From: a virus
Strand: one strand, 5' to 3'
Length of the DNA stretch: 64,000 nt
Virus record (IMG/VR): IMGVR_UViG_3300012944_000001
Span: 32,001 to 96,000 of that record
In this document: in pieces, positions 54,354-64,000 of the stretch
Position numbering within the stretch: the first letter of the stretch is position 1
Layout of the letters: each line of letters opens with the position of its first letter
Position numbers and translations under genes: made by a program
The notes under the pieces: generated by a model
The model's input: only the letters and a program-made list of their open reading frames with translations
Databases searched by the model: none
What the model was told of the DNA's origin: nothing

Positions 54354-57300
54354 GTGGCTGAGGAAAATAACATCGGAGCCAGCCGCCTGATTGGGACCAA
54401 CGGTCTACAACAGGCGGTTGATTCTTTGTCGTCCCAAGTAAATAGACTGGATTCCAGTATAAGTAAACTATCTACCGGATTCAATAATATGACAGGTTCT
54501 TATAATAGAACTTCCGGATCTGGCGGAAGTAATATGGGAACCCAATGGAATTCAGGATCTAACAGATCTTCTTATTCTTCTAATGGCGGTGGAAGTATAT
54601 TCACCAACGGTCCGGGAGGAACAGGAACTCTTGGAGGAAGAAGTCCTAATGGTGGTGGAGGATCCTTTGGAAGTACAGGTAGCGGTTCTAGACTTTCTTC
54701 TGGTCTAGCCGCAGGCGCCGCAGTAGTATCTGGGCTTACTCAGTATGCTAATAAGAATATGTCTACCAATATGCAGATGGATTTCTACGGAACTCAGTCA
54801 GCTATTGCTGGAGGATTCAGTGGCGGATATCGTGGAGCAGCAGAGAAAGCCCGAGATCTAGCATTCAATAATAACTACGTAGCTCTTAATGCAACAGACG
54901 CTGCTCAGGGTGCTTATATAAACCAATATACTTTTGGAAATTCTCAGTTCAATGGAAAAGCTAACCCGGCTTTTGTATCTGGTATGAGCCAAGCCAATTC
55001 TTTTGGTTACGCTAGTCCTACCTTGGGTGCAGGCGGAGCAGCAACAGCAGCTCAGCAAACGTATGCTGCTCGCTCTGTGATGGTTGCACCTGCTTTAGGC
55101 TTGGCCAGCCCTATCCTGGCTGGTGGACAAAAGAATTCTATGAGCAATATTGCTCAGTCTATTATGCAGAGAACTTTTGGCAACCAACAGATTACGAATA
55201 AGCAATTCAATGCTGCTATATCTCAAGGTGGATCTCTTGCTGTAAACCTTCAGTATTTCGGTCAAGCACTTGGATGGAATCAGCAAACTACTCAGGAGTA
55301 CCAGAACTACTTACAGGGGCAGGTGGCTGCTGAGAACAAAGGCATGTCTGCCACTCAATACAGCACCCTTATGCAGCAAGCTTCTGGTGGAAATAAAAGT
55401 GCCATAAATCAATTAGCTAAAACTACAGGCATGGGAAGTTCCATGTTTGAGAATCAACGTAATCTTAATTCCACCAAGCTTACAAGACAGAATGATATTC
55501 TTGATAGTCTTGCTCCCGCGTTCGATAACGCTACTCAAGTTGTGAATAAGTTTAGTAATGCCCTTACCAGTTTCTTGAAAGATACCGGTCTGGATAAAGC
55601 TATTGGTACTGGGGCAGGTTGGTCAGCGCCTATCTCAAACGCTCTAGGTGGCTTCGGGAGCGCCTTTGGAGTAGCTGGAGGTGTCATGGGTGCCATGCGC
55701 CTTATGGGAGGCGGAGGAAGCCTCCTGAGTGGTCTAGGCGGCCTGTTTGGCGGAGCCGGTGGGGCTTCTGCATCTGCTGCGGGTACAGGCGGTTTATTGT
55801 CTGCTACTCAAGGCGCTGGAGGCGTTTGGAGTGTTACTGGTGCAGGTGCCACCGCTGGATTAGGAACTGCTGCTACGGCAGGTTTAGCCGGGGCAGGTGT
55901 AGCAGCGGCAGGAGGCGCAGCCTATTTAGGTATGCATGCTGACGATAAGATAACAGCGGGAATGTCTAAAAGCGACATATATAAAAAAGCTGCGGGACAG
56001 TCATTAACAAATCCTGCAATGCTAGTAACTCCCCTAGGACAAATTGCTAATGCTGCTAAGTGGGGAAAAAAGGGACTTAATAAACTAACAAGTATCTTTG
56101 GTGGAGCAAGTGATTCTGCTACAGGCGGAGGCGGTGGAGGATCTACCAAAGCTACAGGAACTAATAGTGGAGCAAATGCTGCTCAAGTAATTGGTTTTGC
56201 AGAACAACAATTAGGTGATCCTTATGTATGGGGAGGTACAGGCCCTAATGGTTGGGATTGTTCTGGTCTTACTCAATGGGCTTATGGAAAAGCAGGAGTA
56301 AAGATTCCTCGCGTAGCCTCTGATCAGCAGAAGCAAGGAAAGGCAGTATCTACTGATGCTGTGCAACCAGGAGATCTTCTGTTCAACGGCAATCCCGCAC
56401 ACCATGTGGTAATGGCTATCGGCGGAGGTAAGATCATTGAAGCTCCTCGTACAGGATTGAATGTTCGTATTCGTTCCTTTAAGCCGGGAGAGTTCACCAA
56501 CGCTCGAAGAATTCTTGGCGCAATAGGCGATATGTCTTCTCTTACTAATGGCGGTGTAGGACAGAGCAATACCCTTAATGATCAGCAATCATTGGTTGGC
56601 GGAGATATCGGGGGAACTTACGGTGGAACTTCTGAACTAGAAGCTCTTATGGGATCTCTCAGTGGAGGAAATGTGGCGGCGGGAGCGATGCCTTTATCAG
56701 CATCCTCGGGAACTACTACAAGTACTTCAGGCAGTCAAAGCTCCACTGCCGGAGTATCTGGTACAGGAAGTAATAGAACTTCTTCTCTACAGGCATACGC
56801 CAAGAAACTCCTAGGAACCTATGGTTGGTCAGGTCAATGGGGATCATTCAATGCTCTGGAAATGTCTGAGGCTGGATGGAACCCTAAAGCTACTAATCCT
56901 AGTTCGGGAGCTTACGGTTTAGCACAAGCTCTTCCAGCGGGTAAGTACGCCAGCGCAGGATCAGATTGGAAGACTAGCGGCGAGACTCAGCTTCGTTGGA
57001 TGATGGGATATATCAAGGATCGTTACGGTGATCCCAACTCAGCCTGGTCATTCCATCAGAGAAACAATTGGTACGCTCAAGGTGCCTGGAGTATTGATAA
57101 AGATCAAAGTGCCACTGTTCACCAAGGCGAAATGATTATTCCTGCACAACAGGCTGAAACTATTCGTCAGACTTTATTGAACAATACTTTCAATCCCAAC
57201 CTTACAAATAACTCAAGTAGTACTCCTATTCAAATAGGAGATATCAATGTTAATCTTCCTAATAACTACACAGGCTCAGTACAAGATGCACAGACAACAG

Positions 57301-57365
57301 GTAAGATGATTGTTGATGCAGTAAATGAACAGCTTCGTATTAATAATCTGAAGGTGGGACAGTAA
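54354..57365 (+). CDS. Tape measure protein with NlpC/P60 and lytic-transglycosylase-like domains
   Basis: Gly/Ala-rich; PYVWGG...DCSGL...HV; EAGWNPKATNPSSGAYGLAQALP...YIKDRYG. Confidence 0.9.
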   Translation: MAEENNIGASRLIGTNGLQQAVDSLSSQVNRLDSSISKLSTGFNNMTGSYNRTSGSGGSNMGTQWNSGSNRSSYSSNGGGSIFTNGPGGTGTLGGRSPNGGGGSFGSTGSGSRLSSGLAAGAAVVSGLTQYANKNMSTNMQMDFYGTQSAIAGGFSGGYRGAAEKARDLAFNNNYVALNATDAAQGAYINQYTFGNSQFNGKANPAFVSGMSQANSFGYASPTLGAGGAATAAQQTYAARSVMVAPALGLASPILAGGQKNSMSNIAQSIMQRTFGNQQITNKQFNAAISQGGSLAVNLQYFGQALGWNQQTTQEYQNYLQGQVAAENKGMSATQYSTLMQQASGGNKSAINQLAKTTGMGSSMFENQRNLNSTKLTRQNDILDSLAPAFDNATQVVNKFSNALTSFLKDTGLDKAIGTGAGWSAPISNALGGFGSAFGVAGGVMGAMRLMGGGGSLLSGLGGLFGGAGGASASAAGTGGLLSATQGAGGVWSVTGAGATAGLGTAATAGLAGAGVAAAGGAAYLGMHADDKITAGMSKSDIYKKAAGQSLTNPAMLVTPLGQIANAAKWGKKGLNKLTSIFGGASDSATGGGGGGSTKATGTNSGANAAQVIGFAEQQLGDPYVWGGTGPNGWDCSGLTQWAYGKAGVKIPRVASDQQKQGKAVSTDAVQPGDLLFNGNPAHHVVMAIGGGKIIEAPRTGLNVRIRSFKPGEFTNARRILGAIGDMSSLTNGGVGQSNTLNDQQSLVGGDIGGTYGGTSELEALMGSLSGGNVAAGAMPLSASSGTTTSTSGSQSSTAGVSGTGSNRTSSLQAYAKKLLGTYGWSGQWGSFNALEMSEAGWNPKATNPSSGAYGLAQALPAGKYASAGSDWKTSGETQLRWMMGYIKDRYGDPNSAWSFHQRNNWYAQGAWSIDKDQSATVHQGEMIIPAQQAETIRQTLLNNTFNPNLTNNSSSTPIQIGDINVNLPNNYTGSVQDAQTTGKMIVDAVNEQLRINNLKVGQ

Positions 57366-58135
57366 TGACTTTTCCTATTGAACCTATCTCGGGCACTATT
57401 TATCCCACCATTAGCGGTAAGCCTGGTGTTACTGTATTCGAGAATCCCTTGTTCCACCCCAATATTCTAAATATTGGCGGAGCTAATGCAGCTATTAATC
57501 CTACTTTTAAGCAAGATTTCAGTACACGTCAAGGCAATTTGCACAGAGGTTTACTAGTAGGCGGTGCCGGTGTTGTACCAGGTTCTAAGGGAAATATTCA
57601 GTATAAGGTGAACTTTCTTTATAATCCGTCTACTATAAATGAGAGTAGATCGATAGACCTTAACAACGGAGTACTTCCTTCTTATGCTAGAAACCCAGAT
57701 GATCCAGGATCGTATGCTACTAGCCTTAATACCACAGTGTCATTCTCTCTGTTATTTGACAGAACATTCGAATTGTGGGATCAGTACTACAGACAAACTC
57801 AACCAGGAATCTATGGTGTGCGAAGTGATGTAGAAGCATTTTATAATTTGCTAGGAATAAATATTCCACAAGTACAAACTAACACAGCACCTCAAGCCGC
57901 ACCGCCCGCTATTAATCCCACTAAAGTAACTAATACTATTCAGGGACCTATGACCTTCGCACCCACAAAACTTTACTTTGGTGCGAATTCTAAAGGAGCA
58001 TTATCTTATTTCGGATACGTCAGTAGTATAAATATTACATACACACATTTCACTTCCGCCATGGTTCCTTCTCGTTGCGGAATTGATGTAGGATTTACAG
58101 TACTATCTCAAATGGCAGGAAGTTCTACTAGTTAG
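57365..58135 (+). CDS. Tail tube initiator-like baseplate protein
   Basis: FLYNPSTI, FSLLFDRT, GYVSSINITYTHF...MVP.R. Confidence 0.7.
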   Translation: MTFPIEPISGTIYPTISGKPGVTVFENPLFHPNILNIGGANAAINPTFKQDFSTRQGNLHRGLLVGGAGVVPGSKGNIQYKVNFLYNPSTINESRSIDLNNGVLPSYARNPDDPGSYATSLNTTVSFSLLFDRTFELWDQYYRQTQPGIYGVRSDVEAFYNLLGINIPQVQTNTAPQAAPPAINPTKVTNTIQGPMTFAPTKLYFGANSKGALSYFGYVSSINITYTHFTSAMVPSRCGIDVGFTVLSQMAGSSTS

Positions 58136-58143
58136 GAGTAGCG

Positions 58144-58425
58144 ATGACAATAAGCGCATTCAGTAGATATGCGGATAACACGGTAACACCTATAACAGAT
58201 CGTTCAGGTGATACGCGATCTACTATAATTGTCTCTCCTCCCACACAGCCTACTACGTATAGTATTAGTACCTATACGTGGCAGAACGAGGATCGTATAG
58301 ACTACTTAGCTTATTCAGCCTATGGAGATGAAACACAGTGGTGGAGGATAGCAGACGCTAACCCTGAAATATTATTCTGGAGTACACTAACTAACGGTAC
58401 TCAGATAAGGGTGCCTAATGCTTAA
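58144..58425 (+). CDS. LysM/P2 gpX-like baseplate protein
   Basis: DRIDYLAY..YGD..QWWRIADANP....GTQIRVP. Confidence 0.85.
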   Translation: MTISAFSRYADNTVTPITDRSGDTRSTIIVSPPTQPTTYSISTYTWQNEDRIDYLAYSAYGDETQWWRIADANPEILFWSTLTNGTQIRVPNA

Positions 58426-59659
58426 TCCTTCTCCATCGTTACCCTATTTTGAAATAGTAATTAATGGCAGTACACCTTTACCTCAATTTACACCTTGTGT
58501 ACAGATTATTCAGGAGACCAATTCTCATCCGCTGGCATTACTAGACGTTGTTTATGTGGGAAGTAATATAGGTACAACTACTCCAGGTGCTAGTAATACG
58601 TGGCAATATTTAAAGGAACAAACTCCTATACAGATAAATTATGGTCAGCGTCCTCATTTTGTTTCTGCTTTTCTAGGCTATGTAGCTTCTTATAAATTAA
58701 TGAGAACCGGTAAAGATCCTGGTTACAATAATGTGGTTACTACAACTGTGCAATATACCATTACAGGCACTTCTCAAGTTATGCAGTCCACTAATAATGT
58801 AGCTTGGAAGAATACAAGTTCTTCTACTATTGCTGGAAATATTGCAACAAAGAATGGCTTCAGAGGAATCATTCATAACTATATCTCTGCTATAACTTAT
58901 AGACTACAAAATGTCAGTGATTTTAAATTTATAGCTCAACTAGCAGATGAAATTGGTTATAGGTTCTACGTAGATAATACTGACTTATACTTTATTAACC
59001 CTAAACAAATTCTTGATAGAAGTAATACAAGAAATGTCCCGCAGTTCTGGTCTTATAATCAGCCAGGACTATGGGACACGATAATTAGTTTCAATCCAGT
59101 GGTAGGAACTATTACTCCCGACGGAGGTATTGTTGCCAACAGGAATGTTGTAGGTCTCAATCCCACAACCAAGTCTTTGGTGCAATCTACTATTCAACCA
59201 ACAATAACTTCATCCCAAAATTCTTCTACGCCATTAGCGCCTACAATAACTCAATACTATAATCAGGCCCCAGCAGAATCCTATTATGAGGCCACACAAA
59301 AAGTAACAGGAGATTATTTTAGAAATCTTTATTGGAACACCGCTAACGCTGAATTAAGAGGAGACGCCAGAATAAAACCTAATACCTTGGTTAATTTAGT
59401 AGGAACAACTATTCCAGTAAATGATGCAGGACTTTGGTTGGTGCAAAGTTCCACACACCTCCTAACTAAGGCAGCACCTACTGGAAGTAATGTAGATGTT
59501 ACTTACTCCACTTGTACTGAATTAGTAAGGGATCAAATCTATACAGCGAATACAACTACCTTCTCAGAGACTGATCCCATAATTCAAAATGTTCCAGCAG
59601 TCCTTATAGGGGGACGTTGGCGTTCTTCTAATATAGGAGCTACTGTATATGCAACTTAA
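58418..59659 (+). CDS. Baseplate hub (P2 gpD-like)
   Basis: Q..SDFKFI..LA.EIGY, GDARIKP...G.W.V....H. Confidence 0.8.
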   Translation: MLNPSPSLPYFEIVINGSTPLPQFTPCVQIIQETNSHPLALLDVVYVGSNIGTTTPGASNTWQYLKEQTPIQINYGQRPHFVSAFLGYVASYKLMRTGKDPGYNNVVTTTVQYTITGTSQVMQSTNNVAWKNTSSSTIAGNIATKNGFRGIIHNYISAITYRLQNVSDFKFIAQLADEIGYRFYVDNTDLYFINPKQILDRSNTRNVPQFWSYNQPGLWDTIISFNPVVGTITPDGGIVANRNVVGLNPTTKSLVQSTIQPTITSSQNSSTPLAPTITQYYNQAPAESYYEATQKVTGDYFRNLYWNTANAELRGDARIKPNTLVNLVGTTIPVNDAGLWLVQSSTHLLTKAAPTGSNVDVTYSTCTELVRDQIYTANTTTFSETDPIIQNVPAVLIGGRWRSSNIGATVYAT

Positions 59660-60458
59660 CTTTGATGCGCTGTATAGATCTATAGTTACTTCTAATACAG
59701 ATACTTCAAATTCAGGCAAGATAAGAGTTCAGTGTCCTCAAATAGCAGGCTTGGCGGAGATAAGACAGGCGGAGCCATTTAATAGCAATATGCCTGTGCC
59801 TACTGTGGGATCTATTGTCTGGATAGCTTTCAGTGGCGGAGATGTAACTAAGCCCTTTTATCTGAATAACACAAACTATATTTATTTACTATCTGATGGC
59901 GCCACTATACAAACAAAATCATTAACATCAGGAATTAATAACGATGCGGTAGTATTGTATCTAGCCAGCGGTCCTGCTGGTACTGAAACAGGAACCACGA
60001 ATCCTCACCTAACAATAGTTGATAATAACTTTACAACTCCGGCAGATATTCATTTATCTGGTAATGTCATTAAAGTAAATACTTCTGGGGTCTATCATGT
60101 GTGGCACAATATAACTCCAAATACTGGTTGGACACAAGCAGGTGGCGGCTTTCAAAATCTTCAGTATCGATTAGATACTAATGACAATTTAGTTCTCAGC
60201 GGTTCTGTATCTACCACAAGTGCTTTCGGTGCAGGAACTCATCAGATTACTGGAGTAAATCTTGCATCAGATTATCTGCCCGCATTTGATAGTAGAGTTA
60301 CTGGGGGAGAACATACAAGTTCTACCAATACTTGGAAAGCTCAAGCACTTGTAGATCTCACAGCTATTGGAACTATTAATGTAACCAGCAGCGTTGCTTT
60401 TGCTATTGGAGATGTTTTTTATATTAACTGCACAATACCTCTGCACAATATATCTTAA
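59649..60458 (+). CDS. Baseplate spike (gp5/gpV OB-fold)
   Basis: D....GKIRVQCP...PTVGSIVWIAFSGGD..P. Confidence 0.85.
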   Translation: MQLNFDALYRSIVTSNTDTSNSGKIRVQCPQIAGLAEIRQAEPFNSNMPVPTVGSIVWIAFSGGDVTKPFYLNNTNYIYLLSDGATIQTKSLTSGINNDAVVLYLASGPAGTETGTTNPHLTIVDNNFTTPADIHLSGNVIKVNTSGVYHVWHNITPNTGWTQAGGGFQNLQYRLDTNDNLVLSGSVSTTSAFGAGTHQITGVNLASDYLPAFDSRVTGGEHTSSTNTWKAQALVDLTAIGTINVTSSVAFAIGDVFYINCTIPLHNIS

Positions 60459-60480
60459 GGGATAGTGAGATAATAAATAT

Positions 60481-60900
60481 ATGAGTATGCAAATAACAAT
60501 TCCTTTCACTGTCCTTCAAAACGGAGCGGTGTCAGTAGAAACAGATCCTAATATTCAAGTCCAACAAAGAGTAGATGCTATTGTCTCTACGGAAATAGGA
60601 CAAAGAGCTATGAGAGCTAATATGGGTCTGCCTTTGTCGCGCTTACTTTTTGATCCCAATAATAATTTCATTGCTACAGAACTTAGTGGGCTAGTAACTC
60701 AACAGCTAAATACATATGAACCTGGTATACAAATACTTTCGGTTACTCCAGAGAGCAGCGGCTCTAACGACGGACTTGCTAGAGTTGCTGTTAACTATGC
60801 TCCAGTACTACAAGCCTCTACTGTCCGCGCTGTAGCAGATGTTGTAACAATTCATGTAGGAGGAACAGTGACAGAGGTGACAACTAATGGCAACAGTTAA
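60481..60900 (+). CDS. Baseplate wedge gp25/gpW-like protein
   Basis: T..GQR.MR.NMG...LLF....YEP.I. Confidence 0.85.
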   Translation: MSMQITIPFTVLQNGAVSVETDPNIQVQQRVDAIVSTEIGQRAMRANMGLPLSRLLFDPNNNFIATELSGLVTQQLNTYEPGIQILSVTPESSGSNDGLARVAVNYAPVLQASTVRAVADVVTIHVGGTVTEVTTNGNS

Positions 60901-62416
60901 TGCAGGCGTGCCTTCCATTGATTACACTAGTAAAGATTATGCTGGTTTTCTAGGATCGATGCTGACGTTTGCTACTACCGCTTTCCCAGAATGGACAAAT
61001 CAAAATCCTGGAAGCCTTGAGATCATGCTTCTAGAATCTGTAGCAAGAGAACTAGATGTACTTTCTTACTACGGAGATCGTATTGTAGGAGAAGCGTACA
61101 TAGGTACTGCTACTCAACTAGCCTCTGTACTTGAGTTGGCAACACTGCTTGGTTACACTCCGGGACAACCTTTGGCAGCCACAGGAACTGTTACTTTTCA
61201 AACAGCTAATCCTGGTAGTGCTGTAGCTATTCCTTTGGCCACGCAGGTAACCACTGATTATATTTCTAGTATAAATGGCCCCATAATCTTTGAGACTACT
61301 ACCTCTGCTACGGTTCCTTCCAATGGCGGTACGGTGGTTGTTCCCATCGTTCAGGGGGCCACTCAAGGCTCTGCAATCTTTACTGTAGGGAATTCTACTT
61401 CCGCGCCTTATTCCATCACCACAGAGCTCCTGGGAGCTTCTGATGGTTCTGAATTACAAGCATTTACTTTGGCTAATAATCCTGTAGTAAGTGGCTCTAT
61501 AACAGTCTATGTACAGAACCCTGCCTATCCTGGTACCAGTGGAACAGATCCTATTCTTGCTTGGAATAAGGTGGACACACTTCAGCAAGCTACCTCTTCC
61601 AGTCCTTCTTGGTCAGAAACTGTAGATGCTAATGGAGTAGTTAGTATTCATTTTGGTGATAATGTTAACGGAGCTATTCCTGCTTCAGGTTTGAATATCT
61701 ATGCCAACTATCGAGTAGGTGGCGGAACTATAGGAAATCTTTCTGCCAACTCCATTACTGATATAGCTTCTCCAATCTTGGGCGTAACTATAGCAGGATC
61801 TTCCGCCAGTACAGGGGGAACTCCAGCAGAGACCATAGATCAGATTCGTGTAAATGCTCCTAGAGCATTCACTACACAACAAAGAGCAGTCACATTAGCT
61901 GACTATGGAAATCTAGCTATGTCATTACCTGTGGTGTCCCAAGCAAGAGCCGTTGCAAATACTTATACAAGTGTGACGGTATATATAACTGGTACAGGAA
62001 ATACTATACCCACCCAGGCAATACTAGATTCAGTAACTGCATTTTTACAGCCGCTGGCATTAGCCGGAACATCCGTAACCTGTACTGCGGCTACCTTGGT
62101 TCCTATTAACGTGGGCGCTACAGCAAGTCCTGTACTAATAGGCTGTAGTTCTCGTTACAGTCCTTCTTCTATACAAACTCTAGCAACTCAAGCTATTCAG
62201 AATCTATTCGCCCCAAGTAATGTTACGCTTGGAGGAAGAGTTTCCTTAAGCTCAGTATATTCAGCGCTTTATACTATTCCAGGTGTGCAGTATGTTAATA
62301 TTCCTTTGTTCGTGAGAAGTGATGCGACCCAAACTGGCGCCGCTGATATTCTTATGCGCTCATACGAATTGCCTACTTCTGGAAACATAATTATCACTGT
62401 AACGGCAACTTCATAA
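60887..62416 (+). CDS. Baseplate J-like protein
   Basis: IDYTSKDY, PEWT, LSYYGD, FGD...G.IP, YRVGGG..GN, RAVTLADY. Confidence 0.9.
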   Translation: MATVNAGVPSIDYTSKDYAGFLGSMLTFATTAFPEWTNQNPGSLEIMLLESVARELDVLSYYGDRIVGEAYIGTATQLASVLELATLLGYTPGQPLAATGTVTFQTANPGSAVAIPLATQVTTDYISSINGPIIFETTTSATVPSNGGTVVVPIVQGATQGSAIFTVGNSTSAPYSITTELLGASDGSELQAFTLANNPVVSGSITVYVQNPAYPGTSGTDPILAWNKVDTLQQATSSSPSWSETVDANGVVSIHFGDNVNGAIPASGLNIYANYRVGGGTIGNLSANSITDIASPILGVTIAGSSASTGGTPAETIDQIRVNAPRAFTTQQRAVTLADYGNLAMSLPVVSQARAVANTYTSVTVYITGTGNTIPTQAILDSVTAFLQPLALAGTSVTCTAATLVPINVGATASPVLIGCSSRYSPSSIQTLATQAIQNLFAPSNVTLGGRVSLSSVYSALYTIPGVQYVNIPLFVRSDATQTGAADILMRSYELPTSGNIIITVTATS

Positions 62417-62425
62417 GGAGTAATA

Positions 62426-63103
62426 ATGGTAGCTGTATATCCGTCTGCTATTAAAACTTTCGCGTATAGAGAAGATTACACAGAGCTGGTAGAAGCTGCT
62501 GATGTCAATGTATCTTACGACGAGATTCGTGCATTACAAAGTATTTTAGGAGTTAATCCCCAGAACGATACTATAGATGGTGTGGTTAATAAATGGCCAA
62601 CCGTAGGATCACGAATTTCTGCGGTAAGATCAGGAGTATCAAAACCTTTTGCTAATGTATCCGCACACAATTTTCATGTGGACTATGCCCTAGATGATTT
62701 CTCCATATCTTGGACCAATAAGACATGGGATACACACGGTATGTGGAATGGTGGGACATCGTTAGTATGCCCTCGTTCTGGTGTATATAGATTTGATGTA
62801 TACGTCAGATGGGCGGCTGATAATCTTCCTCATGATAATCAGCAACCAATATTTAACAGAAACGGCGAACTAAAAATAGGCGTATCTCAGAATGGCGTAC
62901 ACTATCTAACTGCCGCCGCCGGTTTCTATCCAATAGGTTGGCAGAAGATAGCACATCAATCAGCCTCCATAACATTACCTTGGACAAAGGGAACTGCTAT
63001 GACTGCTCTGATTCGTCAAGATTGTTATACACCAACACTTTCTGCCAGTGCTTTCTTCTCTGCAACCTATGAGCGCGATGCGCCCACCGTAAATAATTTG
63101 TAA
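62426..63103 (+). CDS. Baseplate/fibre-associated structural protein
   Basis: A.DVN..YDEI.ALQ..LG N-terminus; C-terminal beta-sandwich-like region. Confidence 0.65.
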   Translation: MVAVYPSAIKTFAYREDYTELVEAADVNVSYDEIRALQSILGVNPQNDTIDGVVNKWPTVGSRISAVRSGVSKPFANVSAHNFHVDYALDDFSISWTNKTWDTHGMWNGGTSLVCPRSGVYRFDVYVRWAADNLPHDNQQPIFNRNGELKIGVSQNGVHYLTAAAGFYPIGWQKIAHQSASITLPWTKGTAMTALIRQDCYTPTLSASAFFSATYERDAPTVNNL

Positions 63104-63123
63104 TTCTACAACAAGGAGAATGA

Positions 63124-64000
63124 ATGAGTAAGGGTTATGGTATTGATATCTATGGAATAGATTTCTACGGATATTCACAGCCAGCAGATTATAGTGTGGC
63201 CCCCTTTATCGCTTCTCAAACTGGGTATAGGGAAATAACTCTTACATGGGCTTCTCCTAATGTAACTACTTGGAAATCACTACATCTTGTACGAAGTGTT
63301 TACGGCTTTCCTGCCACAGCGGCTGATGGAACTCTTATACAAGAAATAACTCCAGCAACAATAATTCGTTCCTACGATGATCCTCAATTAACTCCTGGAA
63401 CTATTTATTACTACACTATGTTTATAACTGTAGAAGCTCCAACATGGGATATTGCAGTAACCTATCCTCTAAATTCTCAGATATTGTATAACAATCTGTA
63501 CTGGAGTGCCATACAATCCAACACAGGGCAAACGCCTGCTGCGGGATCTGCCTACTGGACCCCCACTAACTATCTGCCTACATGGCTGCCAGCGGGATAT
63601 ACAGCCACTCTTGCTTTGGGAAACCAAGGCTATGGAGACATGCTATACAATCGTGCACCTCAGCCTTACAAAATAAATACATCAGATACCTTCAGTAATA
63701 CTGTGATAGATAACACCGCGCTACAGAATTATCTATCTCTATTTGGCTTCGGTTTAGATATAGTAAAGGCTCAGTATGATAGTCTTCTACAAAATAATAA
63801 TCCTGATGTAGTATCTGCCACGCAGTTGGATCTGCTTGGGCAGCAATTAGGAATAAATACTGATTACTTATCTACTCCTCAACAAAGAAGACAACGTGTA
63901 AAGAATGCTGCGGTAAATTACCGTATGAAGGGGCAGACTCAAGGTATCCATAATCTTATTGCAGAAGTAACTGGTTGGGATTCAGAGATTAACTATGGTC
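63124..64000 (+). CDS. Baseplate wedge / P2 gpI-like tail protein, partial (runs off the window end)
   Basis: AAGGAG RBS; frame open to the end; L..LGQQLG...RR..V.NA..NYRMKG..G motif. Confidence 0.75.
   Translation, partial: MSKGYGIDIYGIDFYGYSQPADYSVAPFIASQTGYREITLTWASPNVTTWKSLHLVRSVYGFPATAADGTLIQEITPATIIRSYDDPQLTPGTIYYYTMFITVEAPTWDIAVTYPLNSQILYNNLYWSAIQSNTGQTPAAGSAYWTPTNYLPTWLPAGYTATLALGNQGYGDMLYNRAPQPYKINTSDTFSNTVIDNTALQNYLSLFGFGLDIVKAQYDSLLQNNNPDVVSATQLDLLGQQLGINTDYLSTPQQRRQRVKNAAVNYRMKGQTQGIHNLIAEVTGWDSEINYG

Noticed and set aside
1-64000. Prophage, integrase, IS elements, introns or inteins
   Set aside because: No integrase, transposase, host genes or interrupted core genes were seen; terminase, portal and capsid genes are contiguous.

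Overview
This window is part of a large lytic tailed-phage genome with a contractile tail (myovirus). The host is probably an actinomycete, inferred from gene families and promoter style only. Layout: (1) 1-11.5 kb, GC-richer minus-strand arm of small early-type genes with TTGACA-N16/18-TAxxxT promoters, repeated intergenic hairpins and a ~450-nt structured ORF-free transcript candidate. (2) 11.5-12.6 kb, ORF-free strand-skewed divergence region. (3) 12.6-35 kb, AT-rich RNA/nucleotide-metabolism region with 29 tRNA genes covering all 20 amino acids, an Rv2179c-like 3' exoribonuclease that appears to start at ATC, a HAD phosphatase of the RNA-repair type, an Rnl1-type RNA ligase, thioredoxin, metallophosphoesterase, a MazG-like protein and HNH/EndoVII nucleases. 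(4) 35-64 kb, morphogenesis genes from terminase to baseplate. The most striking element is a Ro60/TROVE (Rsr) gene directly preceded by a tandem array of five Y-RNA-like ncRNAs. They share a covarying scaffold (stem-RATGCG-stem-WACTTC...stem-TTTCTA-stem) but carry different central modules; one is a complete circularly permuted tRNA mimic. A sixth unrelated hairpin RNA sits inside the array and a coupled 30-aa zinc finger follows Ro60. Other notable items are a 79-nt tmRNA-like RNA with only the tRNA-like domain, H-type pseudoknots in tRNA spacers, several unexplained structured RNAs and a Tad1/Acb2-like candidate anti-defence protein. All calls come from manual reading; no database search was run.
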